This document shows positions 23,501-38,354 of a stretch of DNA of 64,000 nt, in pieces. The stretch is from the human T2T-CHM13v2.0 reference genome, Homo sapiens, in assembly GCF_009914755.1 (NCBI RefSeq), contig NC_060938.1, one strand, 5' to 3'. The notes beneath the pieces were generated by a model. The model saw only the letters and a program-made list of their open reading frames with translations, was not told the DNA's origin and ran no database searches. The position numbers were made by a program, and so were the translations under genes. The number at the start of each line of letters is the position of its first letter. The first letter of the stretch is position 1.

Positions 23501-25069
23501 CTGATACAACAAAAAAATTACAGCCAATTCATGCACACCCTTCATCTGTCAAGAACCACAGCAGTGAATTCAGCAAGCCAAGAAAACTTTAATAAAATTA
23601 CACAGGCCTCAGCATCCAAGAGCAGTCTCTCCATCCAAAACTTACAAATTCCAAGGCCAGAGAACAGTGTGACTAATCCTAACGAAAATAAAAACCAGCT
23701 GCCTGAAGCACTGTAATAAGTATATATAAAAATTTAAGAACAATGTGATTTAAGTAGGGATAGAACAAGGCACAGAACATAATAGTAAAGAGAGGTCAGT
23801 CTGAGAATAACTCCAACCTACTTCTGACTCTCAAAGTTCTGCTTTAACAACAGTTCAGAGAAAACGCTCTCTGATGTAGTGATTTCTGACCAAAAAATTT
23901 TCAAAGGTAACAATCATTCCTATTGGGATTCAATAATAAAAATCATGTAGGTGCCATCATTATAAAGCCCTGAATACTGAAACAGCTACACCAAAGTCCT
24001 GGGGGAAAAGTGAATATATTTCATCATGGATGAAAATCACAGTTTTCATCTGTTTAACACACTCTTTAGTCCATAAAGTATATGAGATTTTTATGGTGGC
24101 CCTCTGTGCTTCTAACATAATTATGATTTTCCTTTTTAAAGGTGCCAATTAAATCTTAGAAAATAGGTGTCATTTTAGAGTTTCAAGAGGAAGAAAATAA
24201 AAAGGAAATATTAAGTCTTAGAAAACAGTTGTGTCTGAAAACTTAATTTTTTTGTAATGGGCGTTTATACAGTTCACACTGAGACTTTTTATACATTCAC
24301 AATGAGATATCACAGTGAAAAAAGGCAGTACTAAGATACCTGGTAATACCAGCAATGCCAACCTAAAATAAATACTCAGAGTTCCAACAACAACTGTGGG
24401 GAAACTTTGTGTCTATTTTCTTTTAATATTTGCAAATTGAGGGCACACTAGAAATGCTAAGGTGCTACGTGGACATTTGTGTTTGTTAATTGTCAGAGCA
24501 GCCCCAAGAATTACAGTGAAATAACTAACCCCCTCCTTTCTCAGATGAGGAGGGCAGGATACAGGGAATTCAGAATACCTTATTAGGATCACACCAGGCA
24601 CGACTGAAACTGGCAGGTGGAGAGCCTGCGTTTCAGTCAAGTTGAGGGTCTTTCATGTAGCTGGCACTCTGCTAGGCACTGTGATATGAAAACAGAATGC
24701 CACAATCCCTGCCCACAAGCCTTGGAATCTAATCGGGAAGAAAAGATACGCTTATTAAACATGTATGAGCCAGGGGGCATGATACACACTTACAAAGCAC
24801 TTCCAATCTCTTGTGTCTCTGAAGGTACAGCTGCACTTCGTCACCACCATCAGAATTAAATGGGACTGATTGTCCAGATCAAACAGCACAACTGAAAGTT
24901 GAGGCATTTACATGGTTCCTGATTAAACCCGCTGAAGAGCAAAGAAATTCCTTCAGCACTCAATGGGTTTCAGGGAATAAGGATATTCTCTAACTCCATG
25001 GTTCCTAAATGTGTGTACATAAGGAACCATAAGGGTTCTATTAATGTCTACTAAGAGATTGCTGTAGGC

Positions 25070-25220
25070 TAGGCCTGTGTTAAGCTCATTACATATATTA
25101 CCTCATTTAATCCTCATTACAAACAAGAAACTGAGAGTTAACTTGCCCAAAGTCACTGCTAGGAAATGGTGGCAACAGGACTAGAAGACAAGCCTTAGAC
25201 CCCAGACCCCATGTTCACAG
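25070..25220 (-). mobile_element. MIR
   Basis: ctcatttaatcctc...gaaactgag...acttgcccaaagtcac. Confidence 0.75.
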
Positions 25221-25222
25221 TG

Positions 25223-26020
<798 letters not shown>

Positions 26021-26130
26021 TTGATTTTCTGAAAAATCACAGAGGGAAAAGACAGGTAGATAAATGATTATTTGAGTATCTATGTAGGTATCTCTATTAC
26101 ACATTTATAGGAATTTGTTTATTCTTTCTC

Positions 26131-26435
26131 TTTTTTTTTTTTTTTTTTTTTTGAGACAGAGTTTTGTTCTGGTCACCCAGGCTGAAGTACAATGGCTCAA
26201 TCTTGGCTCACTGCAACCTCCACCTCCTGGGTTCAAGTGATTCTCCTGCCTTAGCCTCTGGAGTAGTGGAGATTACAGATGTGTGCCACCACGCCCAGCT
26301 AATTTTTGTATTCTTAGTAGAGATGGGGTTTCATCATGTTGGCCGGGCTGGTCTCGAACTCCTGATCTCAGGTGATCCACTCGCCTTGGCCTCCCAAAGT
26401 GTTGGGATTACAGGCGTGAGCCACCCCGCCCAGCC
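26131..26435 (-). mobile_element. Alu (AluS-like)
   Basis: Poly-T followed by antisense Alu. Confidence 0.96.
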
Positions 26436-26459
26436 TATTCTCTTCTTTGATAAACATGT

Positions 26460-27530
26460 ATAGGTTTCCCCAGTGTATCAACCACTATACTAAACTCCGG
26501 GATCTGAATATGTATCCTGCTCTCAAGGAGTTTATAGCCCAGAATCATAACTACATGTTGTGACTAAAGAAAATAAGAGTCCATGAGAACCCAAAGAAGG
26601 GAATGCCTGGCGGGGGGTGAATGACTCATCCGTGTAATCCCAGGACTTTGGGAGGCTGAGGTTGGGGGGAAATCACTTGAGGCCAGGAGTTCAAGACCAG
26701 CCTTGGAAACATAGTGAGACCCTGTCTCTATAAAAAATAAAAATAAAAATAAAATTAGCTGGGCATAGTGGTACCTGTAGTCCTAGCTACTCAGGATGCT
26801 GAGGCAGGAGAATCACTTCAGCCCAGGCGTTTGAGGCTACAGTGAGCTATGATTGCACTGCTGCTCTCCAGCCTGGGTGACAAAGTGAGACCCTGTCCCT
26901 AAAAAAAAGCAGGGGACAGTACTCAACTCTGCACAAAAATAGGGAGAGTTAAAGACTTACTTCATAGTGGCAGTAATGCTTGAGTTGAATGTTAAAAGTG
27001 AAGTAGATGTTGCCTGGGTTGACAGGATGAGGAAGGACATCTTAGGTTGCCTTGGAAATGTCAAGCCATAAAAAGGCAGGTACATGGGATCCAAGGTGGG
27101 GTGAAGTGAAATTTACAGCTGAGCAGAGAAGTGACCACGCAGGATGGTGAAAGAAGTTCAGGCTTTATCCTGCAGATAATGGAGAGTGCTTGCATGGTTT
27201 TAAGGTGGGGAGTAACACAATCAGATTTTCACTTTAGAATACCTACTCAAGTAGTAGTGTGGAAAAGAGAGAAATGAGGACAATATCTGAGTCAGGGTGA
27301 CAAGTTAGGAGAGAGTTCAGGCAAGAGAAGATTAGGTGTGAGCTAAGGCAGTATTAGTGAATGTAAAGGAAAAAAAATGGACATGTTAGATTTTGTGGAG
27401 GTAAAATCAACAACAGAATGTAAAGTTTATAATGACTCCTGAGTTTCTAGCTTGGGTGACCAGTGGACCATGAAGCTTTCACAAAGATAGAAAAAACAGG
27501 AGGAAGAGTAAGTTTGAGGAGAAGTAACAA
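26460..27530 (-). mobile_element. L2 fragment interrupted by an Alu
   Basis: cctgctctcaaggagtttatag; ggctttatcctgcagataatggag; atgactcctgagtttctagcttggg. Confidence 0.75.
26605..26908 (+). mobile_element. Alu (AluJ-like)
   Basis: Dimeric Alu. Confidence 0.93.
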
Positions 27531-27603
27531 TAGTTAACACTCATGGGGCAATTTGCATTAGGCACTACTATGCCAAAGTATGCCAAATGTCTTACATGCA
27601 TGT

Positions 27604-27922
<319 letters not shown>

Positions 27923-28080
27923 GATCTCTTTTAATCTACAAAAAACTTTGAGCGGTAAATATAATTATTCTCTCTCATTTTACAGATGAGGAAACCGAAA
28001 TTGACAGGAGCAATTTGCGCAAGTTACATGGAGAATAAATGGCAGAGCCAAGATTTCAAGCTAGGTCCATTTGGCTACAC

Positions 28081-28420
28081 CAGGGGTCAGCAAACTTTTT
28101 CTGTAAAGGACTGCATAGTAAATATTTTAGGCTTTGCAGACCATACAATCTCTGTTTCAACTACTCCCCTCTGCCATTGCAAGAAAGCTATAACCAAAGA
28201 TAAACAATAACAAAAACAGAGTGGGACTGTGTTACAATGAAACTTTCCTAATAAATGATGAATTTAATTTTTATACAATTTTCATGTGTCATGAAATATT
28301 ATCATTCTTTTGATTTTTCCAGCCATTTAAAAATGTGGAAACCATTTTTAGTTTGCAAGCCTTACAGAAAACAGGCAGAAGGCCAGATTTGACCTATGGG
28401 CCTCAGTTTGCTAACCTCTG
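28081..28420. mobile_element. MER58B-like hAT-Charlie element
   Basis: 340 bp; TIRs caggggtcagcaaac / gtttgctaacctctg. Confidence 0.9.
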
Positions 28421-28439
28421 AACTATACAACACTACTGA

Positions 28440-29030
28440 GAAAGATTACTTTCCGTTTTGGAATGTTGTGTTCAGAATGCCTATGGATTGTCCAGGTGGA
28501 AATGTCCTGTTGGCAACTGCATAAATGGATCAGGAGTTTGGAAGGGAGATTTGGGTTAGAGATCTGAACTTGGGAATCATTCATATAAAGGTGGCAAAGT
28601 ACACTGCAAGGCAAAGACAGCAAGAAAAGAACAGAACAAAACTATGGAAGATGCCAAAATTAAGAGGATAGGAGAGATGTAAAAACCAGAAGGGAAGGCT
28701 AAGAAGGATCAGAGAGATGAGAGAAAAATTAGAAGACAATATTGTCATGGGAGCCAAAGAAAGAGTCACAAGCAGAGTAGGAGTGGTCAGCAAGGGTAAA
28801 TTAAATGCACCTGAGAGATCAAGAAAGACCTGAGAAACATGAAGATTCCAGTGGATTTGGTGATTAGGAGGTCAATGGTTGCCTTTGTCAGAGCAGTTTC
28901 AGGAAAGTGGTAGAACTAATGTTTCATTGCGGTGGATTCTAAAGCAAACATGAGATGGGAAAGGGAGAAAACAGGTACAATTTATTTTTTGAGAAGCTTA
29001 GCAGTGAATGAAATAAATAAATGAGGTAAC
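28440..29030 (-). mobile_element. L2 fragment (probable continuation of 26460-27530)
   Basis: ttggaatgttgtgttcagaatgcctatgg...ggatttggtgattaggaggtca...gagcagtttcagg. Confidence 0.75.
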
Positions 29031-29544
29031 TAGACAAACGCTTATCTAATCTGGATCCCAGAAAAAGGCATCCTGAAGGCAGCTCCTTCTAGTTCATTCC
29101 CACAAGCTATCTGCCTCTCTTGAGTCATGGGGCTGCTAAGGACCTTCAGGCAACTGGTTATAGATGAGGCTGTAGCTATACAGGGTCACAGTAGAATGAC
29201 CTGATGTGAGGTTTCCTTCCCTGTAAACTAAACTCAGAGGTGAGAACCAAAGGCAGTGAATACTGGAGACAGCTTGGCATTTGGCAAACTATGGCTCCTA
29301 CTGATGATCCACCTTGACTCCATGTGTGAGTACGCTTGTCACCCTGTCCCACAAAAGCCAGGAGAGAGCAAATGGTAGGCCTATGTCTTCCCTGACTTCT
29401 AAGCTAGCAAGGTACAGGGATGGCAGAGAGCAGAAGGCCTCCTCCAGCATCTCTACTCTACAGGCCTCTACAGCATCAACTACCAGGTCAAAGACCCCAT
29501 TGTCTTGCAATTCTGCAGGATTGTTGCCATTTAAGACACACCAG

Positions 29545-29908
<364 letters not shown>

Positions 29909-29968
29909 TTACCTAAGGTTTCCAAGCAGCCAGAAAGTAGTGGAACAGGTAGAATGATTAGAATGCAA

Positions 29969-30277
29969 GCCCAGGTAGGTGCAGTGACTCACGTCTGTAA
30001 TCCCAGAACTTTGGGAGGCCAAGGCGGGCAGATTGCTTGATCCCAGGAGTTCAAGACTATCCTGGGCAACATGGCAAAACCTCATCTTTACAAAAAATAC
30101 AAAAATTAACTGGGCGTGGTGGCATGCACCTGTAGTCCCAGCTACTCGGGAGGCTGAAGTGAGAGGATCACCTGACCCTAGGGAGGTTGATATTGCAGTG
30201 AGCTGTGAGTCTGCCACTGCACTCCAGCCTGGGTGACAGAGTGAGACTCTGTCTCAGAAAAAAAAAAGAAAAAAGAA
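29969..30277 (+). mobile_element. Alu (AluJ-like)
   Basis: Dimeric Alu. Confidence 0.95.
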
Positions 30278-30736
30278 GGCAAGCCCAGTGAAACAGAGCT
30301 GCTCCTGGAGGAAACAGATGAACACCTGAATAAATAATAATAAGAGCACTTAAGACATCATAATGTAGCACCTTCCTCTCTGAGAGATGAAAGGAGATGA
30401 GAGAGAATACAGATACTGATTGGGTCGCATATGTGAGGTGAACCATTAAAAGAACAGGTTCCCCAATGGCCTCAATTATGTGTGCAGGCTGATACATTAG
30501 CTGAGAGGGGATAATGATGGGATAGGACACATGAGGTGCTGCTAGACCAAATAACACTATTATGCAGATCAACTTCTACAAATATATTATCTCCAACCTC
30601 CACTGGGTCTTCATAAGTGTGTTATTTTTCACCAGCTGTACTCAGCAGCAAGGGTACACATACAGAGGAAGTGGATGTAGAGAGTGAGATTTGCAGTGAG
30701 AAAGGGTTGAGGGAGCTTATCTCATGCTTCTAGGCC

Positions 30737-30860
30737 AGTATTTTTCAAATCCTATATCACAACTCATCATTGGGTCATTAAATCAATTTAGTGGGTCATG
30801 TCCAGTACTTTTTAAAAAATGAAGCTAAATAAAATGGAACAGAAAATAACTGTGAATCAC
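30737..30860. mobile_element. hAT-Charlie fragment (Charlie4-like)
   Basis: cagtatttttcaaa...aaatcaatttagtgggtc motif. Confidence 0.55.
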
Positions 30861-30884
30861 ATTTAGCAACTTTTGACTCAGTTA

Positions 30885-31215
30885 AATACATGCATATATT
30901 ATATACATATATGCGCTATATATATATGTGCTATATATATACACACCATATATATGTGCTATATATATACACATCATATATATGTATATATGTATATATG
31001 GTGTGTGTATATATAGCACATATATATAACACACATATATGTTATATATACATATATAACATATATGGTGTGTATATATGGTGTGTATATATAGCACATA
31101 TATATGGTGTGTGTATATATAGCACATATATATATGGTGTGTGTATATATATATGGTGTGTGTATATATAGCACATATATATATATACACATACACCCCA
31201 TATATATATATATGG
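30885..31215. repeat. TA/CA-rich minisatellite (~28-bp unit) present in both orientations
   Basis: gtgctatatatatacacaccatatatat units, then reverse-complement atatatggtgtgtgtatatatagcac units. Confidence 0.93.
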
Positions 31216-31545
31216 TAGAATTGTACTTCTTTGTTTTTCTTGAAGTAAGGCATGGCAAGGTAACCTGCTTTGACCAGTGAAAAGTGAGCAGAAGAGCTAT
31301 GGGGCTTGCTTCAAGAGTCAGTGCACTGTTAGCCACATCTCTTATGCTTTGTCACTGCATTAGGCAATGATATCACTTCTCCATCAGCCTTAGTCCCAAA
31401 ACAAAGAGACATGGAACACAGCCTTCAGCCAATCCACAATAGATATGTAATATAGGTAACAAATATGTTTATGTTACCATAAACCATTATGATTTGCGGT
31501 TTATTTATTACTGCTACATAACTTAGCCTATCCTGCCTGATAGAG
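31216..31545 (+). mobile_element. MaLR LTR (MLT1-type)
   Basis: ctgctttgaccagtgaaagtgagcagaag...ttattactgctacataacttagcctatcctg. Confidence 0.75.
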
Positions 31546-31960
31546 AAGTCAAGTCTAGAAGGACATGATTCAAGACAAAAATGGAAGAAACAAAGAACAT
31601 TTTTACACATAGGTACTCAATATGCCCTGATAGTCTATTAAAAAATAGATGGCAGGTAATTGAGTGCTAACTATATAATACAAGGAAAAGTAGACAGACG
31701 GGAAATAGAATTGTTAATAGAAGCCCTGAATTGGGATTCAAGCTGCTCCTTTGAAAGATAAATTGAAAAAAGTGCAGAGGAAAGAAGGCTCATTCAGTGA
31801 TTGGAAAACAGGATGAGCCAAGGGTAGTAAGAATGGCATTCAGAGTGGAAGCTGAAGGTGAAGGTGGGCACAGAAATGAGACCCAGTCTCTCCAGAACAG
31901 ATTGTTCATGTTAGAATAGAAGGAAATAAAACTTAAAAAGGAAGGTAAGATCCAATTTTA

Positions 31961-32662
31961 TTTTTTTGTTTTTTAAACCAGAACATTTATTGAGTGACTA
32001 ATCATTGAAATTCTTTTTTTTTTTTTTTTTTTTTGAGATGGAGTCTTGCGCTGTTGCCTGGGCTAGAGTGTAGTGGCAAGATCTCAGCTCACTGCAACCT
32101 CCGCCTCCTGGGTTCAAGAGATTCTCCTGCCTCCACCTCCTGAGTAGCTGGGATTACAGGCATCCGCCACCACACCGAGCCAATTTTTTGTATTTTTAGT
32201 AGAGACAGAGTTTCACCATGTTGGCCAGGCTGGTCTCGAACTCCTGACCTCGTGATTTGCCTGCCTCGGCCTCCCAAAGTCCTGGGATTACAGGCATGAG
32301 CCACTGCAACCACCCAAATCATTGAAATTCTTAAGATGAACTGGATGCTGCAACAGCTGCCCTCTTTGGTTTATGTGTTGTTCCTTCATGGAATCAATGC
32401 TTGAATCTGAGATATACAATTTTTAGGTGCCTCATCCGACCAGTCCCAGTGCTATTTCGTCTTTTAGCCTTGGCACCCCAGTTACACTTCCTCTTGCGCT
32501 TGGCAGGGTAGCCACGTTTGCCACAGGTTGACTTCTGAAGGTGGTAGGCCTTGGAGCTGCAGTGGTGGCACAACATGCGCATCTTCTTGTGACGCTTTCC
32601 CAACAATGACATTCCCTTCATCTTGTTGCTTCTGTGGTCGACACCAAAGAGATGGGAAGAGC
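31961..32662 (-). pseudogene. RPL37 (ribosomal protein eL37) processed pseudogene, full length
   Basis: ORF 32394..32621 gives [47 protein letters not shown]; intronless; pyrimidine (TOP-like) 5' end CTCTTCC; AATAAA and A-tail; 13-bp TSD agatccaatttta (31948-31960, 32663-32675); premature TGA. Confidence 0.97.
32016..32316 (-). mobile_element. Alu (AluS-like) inserted in the RPL37 pseudogene 3' UTR
   Basis: 16-bp TSD aatcattgaaattctt at 32000-32015 and 32317-32332. Confidence 0.97.
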
Positions 32663-33075
32663 AGATCCAATTTTAATGGAATCTTCAAAGTTATGCAGAA
32701 ATGTTTATAATATGTAAAGCCCTTAGTGCAGTGTCTACTCATAATTGAAGGCTTGGCTAATATTAGTTGCTGTTGTGTTGCTGTTATTGTTGATATTGTT
32801 GTACAATGAAGAGCCATAGGAGACTTTTAGGAGATGTGCCACAGAAAGCAGTGCTTTATAAACTTATTTGGCTGTTATGCACAGGATGGACTGAAAAAGG
32901 AATAACTGAAAATGAGAAAACCAATGAGGCAGTGGTCTAGGAGTAAGGCAATGAAAGAAGAGAAATGAATAAATAAATTCTACTGCAACTAGTACTTTTT
33001 TGTCTGTCAGCCATTTCTCCACATGACACCAAGTGGACAGTCATAAAAGCAAAATCTTCCCGTATTAGGAACCAG

Positions 33076-33225
33076 TGATGCAGGGCCAGTGGCATGCAAC
33101 TGTAGTCCCAGTTACTTAGGAGGCTGAAGTGGGAGGATTGCTTGAGCCCAGGAGTTCGAGGTCAGTCTAGACAACTTAGAGGAACACCATCTCTTAAAAA
33201 AGAAAGAAAGAAAAAAAGAACAACA
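33076..33225 (+). mobile_element. Free Alu monomer (FLAM-like)
   Basis: Single arm with A-rich tail. Confidence 0.85.
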
Positions 33226-35673
33226 GAAAGAACCTGTAAAAGTAGGGTTCAGTAATCCTATAAGGCATTTAGGGATTACTACAGCACTCTCCAGGGTGAC
33301 GTCTATCTCTTGTGCTTTTGTGAAGAGTGAAATTAGGCAGCATAGTTACCATTTATCCAACCCTTAGCCTGCTCCCTTAGACCCTGGACCCTCCAGTGTA
33401 TCCACAGTAATACCTTGGAGGGCATCTCCATTCTTCAGAAACACTGCCTTTACGAACTCCACCTAATGCCATAGAATCTACCCAGGTGCCAGGTGCCAGG
33501 TGGGAATGAAGCCTTCAGCTTCTGAAAAGAAGACAGAGCCAGTCAGTCTCATGGTAACTGTCCCTCCCTCACTTTGATGGGATTGCCTCCACTTCTGCAT
33601 AGAAGACACGCATTTCGACATGTCTGAGAACTTTAGCCAATGGCACCAAGGCTGACTGGCCTTCTTTCAAAAATTCCTTAGTTGACTTCTACCAAGTGAC
33701 TATATAGTGCTGCAGGTTAGAGCAAGTAACTTACAAACAGTCCATGTGGTTCTTAATGGCAGTGTTCAGGAAGGTAATCTTGGGAAGATTCTGAAGTGTT
33801 TTGTGTCTCAGTTTGTTGCTCTATGTGCCAGGAAAACAATCATAATCACTCACAGGGAGATTTAAGTCTTAACTAATGTTTGCAAAACACCTTGACATCC
33901 TCTAATGAAATTGCCACATCTAAATGACATATAATTAGAGGCAGGCTTGTACCTATGATCTTTGAGAAAAGAAACGCACAAAGAAGTAATAATTTGCACA
34001 TCTATCATTGTTCATTCCATGATCAAATTCTTAACAAATACATATCACCATCCTAACTTTCTGGTTAAGAAAGCAAGTCTTTAATAGTTAAAGCACTTGA
34101 AATTACTACATCACCTTCTACTCCTATAGCCAAGGACACATCTGCTTTTACCAGTCCAGCAAATCTGAGATCCAGTCCAACTTATTTAAACACAGCAGGG
34201 AGAAAAAAAAATCCCAGACCCAAAAAGGTAAATGACTTGCCCAAGGTCGATCTAAATTTGGCCCCAGAAACTTATTCCAATTTGACAGCTTCAATTTTTA
34301 ATTTTTCAAAATAGTCTGAATTGACAAGTTAAGTCACCAAAAAATAATTTAAAAAGCAGAAGAAAAAAATTTTTTTTGGTTGGGATATCAGGCTAATGTG
34401 AAATAGAAGTTATTCTCTATGCCAACCAGGGTAAGGACTCTTGAAACGTCCTAATTAAGTGGATATGAGCCAATGATTTCTCTTCCAAAATATTTTAGTT
34501 TTGCAAGTAATGTCCCTTCCATGTCTGAAAAAGAGCATTTCTAAATGCATAGCAGATTTCTCATATTTTCTCTGGAAGCCTTCCCCAAGCTGTTTCATAA
34601 TAGGTGACTTGCTACTCAAAGCCATGATGGTCCCACAAAGCAAAACTTTCACAACACATTCCGCTTCTTGGCTCCAAACACTGCCGCATATGGATAGGCC
34701 TGGTACCAAGGAATCCTCTTGAAAACTCCCACATTCTTACATTTAAATGCTCAATTTATGCACTCTTCTATCAAAAGAGCTTTGTGAGAGGTGAAGTTAT
34801 TTTCGTTAATCTCATTTGCTAATCAAAAAATGTGAAAGAACTGTGATTTTTCTCTAAAAATACCATGATTTATAGGCAGCAGCTACTTAGATACTGACGA
34901 TCATTTTCCTCCAAGGTAAATGTCCTGGCCATCGGTACAATAGTACATTTTACAAGATTCTGGTAAGAATATTCCTAAGAAGGGAATTAAATTATAAGAA
35001 TATTTACTTCATTTCAGCAGTTTTTAGTTACATTGCCATGTATGAAACTTAAAAACACTAAAGTTATTTATGTATGGTAATGCGGGTAATATCCTACTGT
35101 TTAATTATTTTGTTTTTATTTAGTTTTTAGTATAGAAATATATTGAATTAACTAATTCCCATTTTTTTCTAACAGAAAATTATAGTGATTTTTTTTCTTT
35201 CTGTTCGGGGAAGGGAGACTCTGGATGGAAAATTGCTCATTCCTAGAGAGGAAAAATTAAGATATTTCTCCCTCGATAATTCACACAATTTTTTTTACTT
35301 CATTGAAATAAAGGTAGCATTAATTATAAATACATTTACAGATTCCATTACTCTATACAATTTTTTAAAATCCTGATTAAATGGTATAATAACCCTGAAA
35401 TATACAATTGGCTCTTTATTGTTTAATCCCTAGGTTGGCAGCACCAACCACCAAGCAGAGTCACAGGCCAGTCACCATAACTTCACGCTCACTGTGAGAA
35501 GCATACGTGGAAAGCAGATCTGGTAACAAAAACCAGGCTGGGAATGCGTGTGGTTCCTGATGGTGCTTTTCCAGAAAGAGTTGTGTCATAATAGCAGCAT
35601 TTCTAAGGAGAGAAAATGGAGGAGAAAAGGAATGAAGAAACACCTTTGTTGTTGAGCAACAGTACAAAGAAAA

Positions 35674-35965
35674 GCTGGGTGCGGTGGCTAATGCCTATAA
35701 CCCCAGCACTTTGGGAGGCTGAGTAGTGTGGATCACCTGAGGTCAGGAGTTTCAGACCAGCCTGGCCAACATGGCCCATCTCTACTAAAAATACAAAAAT
35801 TAGCCAGGCGTGATGGCACATGCCTATAATCCCAGCTACTCAGGAGGCTGAGGCAGGAGAATAACTTGAATCCAGGAGGGAGAGGTTCAGCAAGCCGAGA
35901 TCACATCACTGCACTCCAGCCTGGATGACAGAGCAAGATCCATCTCAAAAAAAAAAAAAAAAAAA
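35674..35965 (+). mobile_element. Alu (AluS-like)
   Basis: Dimeric Alu with poly-A. Confidence 0.95.
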
Positions 35966-36089
35966 GAATGCTATGCTATGTAGGGGTATGAGGAACCAAG
36001 ACTCTGTATAATAGATGGCATAGGGCATAGATGTGCAGCTTTCCTCCCGGGAACTTCACAGACCTCTGCCTCTCCCCATTGACCATATG

Positions 36090-36330
36090 GGTATTACACA
36101 CTTATGCCTGGGTACAAACTCCTGTTCCACACCTACATGCTTTGTGACCTTGCTAAGCTATGTTACTCCTCTCTACCTCAGTGTTCTCATGTGTACAGTG
36201 GGGTTATTATGACTTACTTCATAGTGTTAATGTGATGATTAAATAAAGTCATATATGCAAAACATTTATAGAGTACTACCCAACATGTTAATAAGGACTT
36301 TATGTTTTAGCCATGTGTATTATTACTAAC
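36090..36330 (+). mobile_element. MIR
   Basis: tgtgaccttgctaag...ctctctacctcagtgttctcatgtgtacagtgggg. Confidence 0.75.
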
Positions 36331-36499
36331 ATTTCTACTTAAAAACTAAACTAAGTCCAACTAAAGTGTCTTTATAGATGAAGAGAAACTAGTTGTTGGC
36401 CTACCAAATATAATTATTGATGTCATTTCTATGCATATATGACATTTATCCTTCTAACCACTTCGACCACATTCTCAACTGTTAGGAGATCACTCAGAG

Positions 36500-36850
36500 A
36501 ACACAAACATGTCAGACACAGACACAGACATAAATAAAACACAAGGCATCTATGATCAGTACATGACTGAGAGTCACACAGAATGCTGGTGATGCAGAAA
36601 AGAGACAGCAATTCTGTCTAATGGGGAGGAGTCAAGGAACACTTCACAGAGGAAGTGACATTTCAGCTAAATCTTAAAGCCACACAGTGTTTGAAGGGGA
36701 GAGAAGTTGCAAGGCAAGAGTCTACTGCAGGACATGGGAACAGATAGCCTGCTGTGAAAGGAGCAAGAAAGGAGGTAAAGGAAATGAGAAGAAATGAGCC
36801 TAGAAAGCTGGCCCATATTATAAAGAACTGTGTGAGACAGGCAAATGTGA
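36500..36850 (-). mobile_element. L2 fragment
   Basis: gtcaaggaacacttcacagaggaagtgacatttcagctaaatctt. Confidence 0.65.
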
Positions 36851-36857
36851 TGAGGAA

Positions 36858-37791
<934 letters not shown>

Positions 37792-38354
37792 TGGGGGGAA
37801 ATTTTCAAATGTCTCTATCCATGGTGTCTCCCTCAGTTGCCTTTTGAGGACAATTCTGTGACTGCACATGGATGATTTTATGTGTTGCCAGGGCTAATAG
37901 GTAAAGCTCCAAAATTAAGGAAGAGAAAAGGGAGCAGAATGATTTACCAAAGTGGCAGCATAAGCTTCTCTTGAAGAAAAGACTCAACTAAAAGGCAGCA
38001 GAAAGAGGATGAAAGAGAGGTGGGCAGTGTTTTGAGGAGCAGTTAAGTAAAAGAGATGAGGGGGAAAATGTAGCTTAGTGTGTGACTTGAGAGAGAAAGC
38101 TATGCAGAAGGATTTGGGGGATGTTTTGCTGGGAGCTATGGGGGAAGAATTTGCCAAGGAATTCACTCTGTGCCCAGAAGGCTCCAATAAACCCCAATAC
38201 AGCTGTTTGAAGTTAGATTTATGTTTTTTGAGGTGAATTACCATGCTGAGGGAGCACTTAAGGGAGGAACTGAAAGACACAGTTTTATATGAGTTGTTCA
38301 AATAACACCTTTGAATTGTTCAAAATAAGCCCTTCAGAAAAGGTAAAAATATTA

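Noticed and set aside
30882-31336. Tyr/Ile/His-rich ORFs on both strands
   Set aside because: Translation of the TA/CA minisatellite.
32394-32621. Functional RPL37 gene
   Set aside because: Intronless with TSDs, premature stop, lost zinc-ligand cysteine and many CpG-type substitutions.
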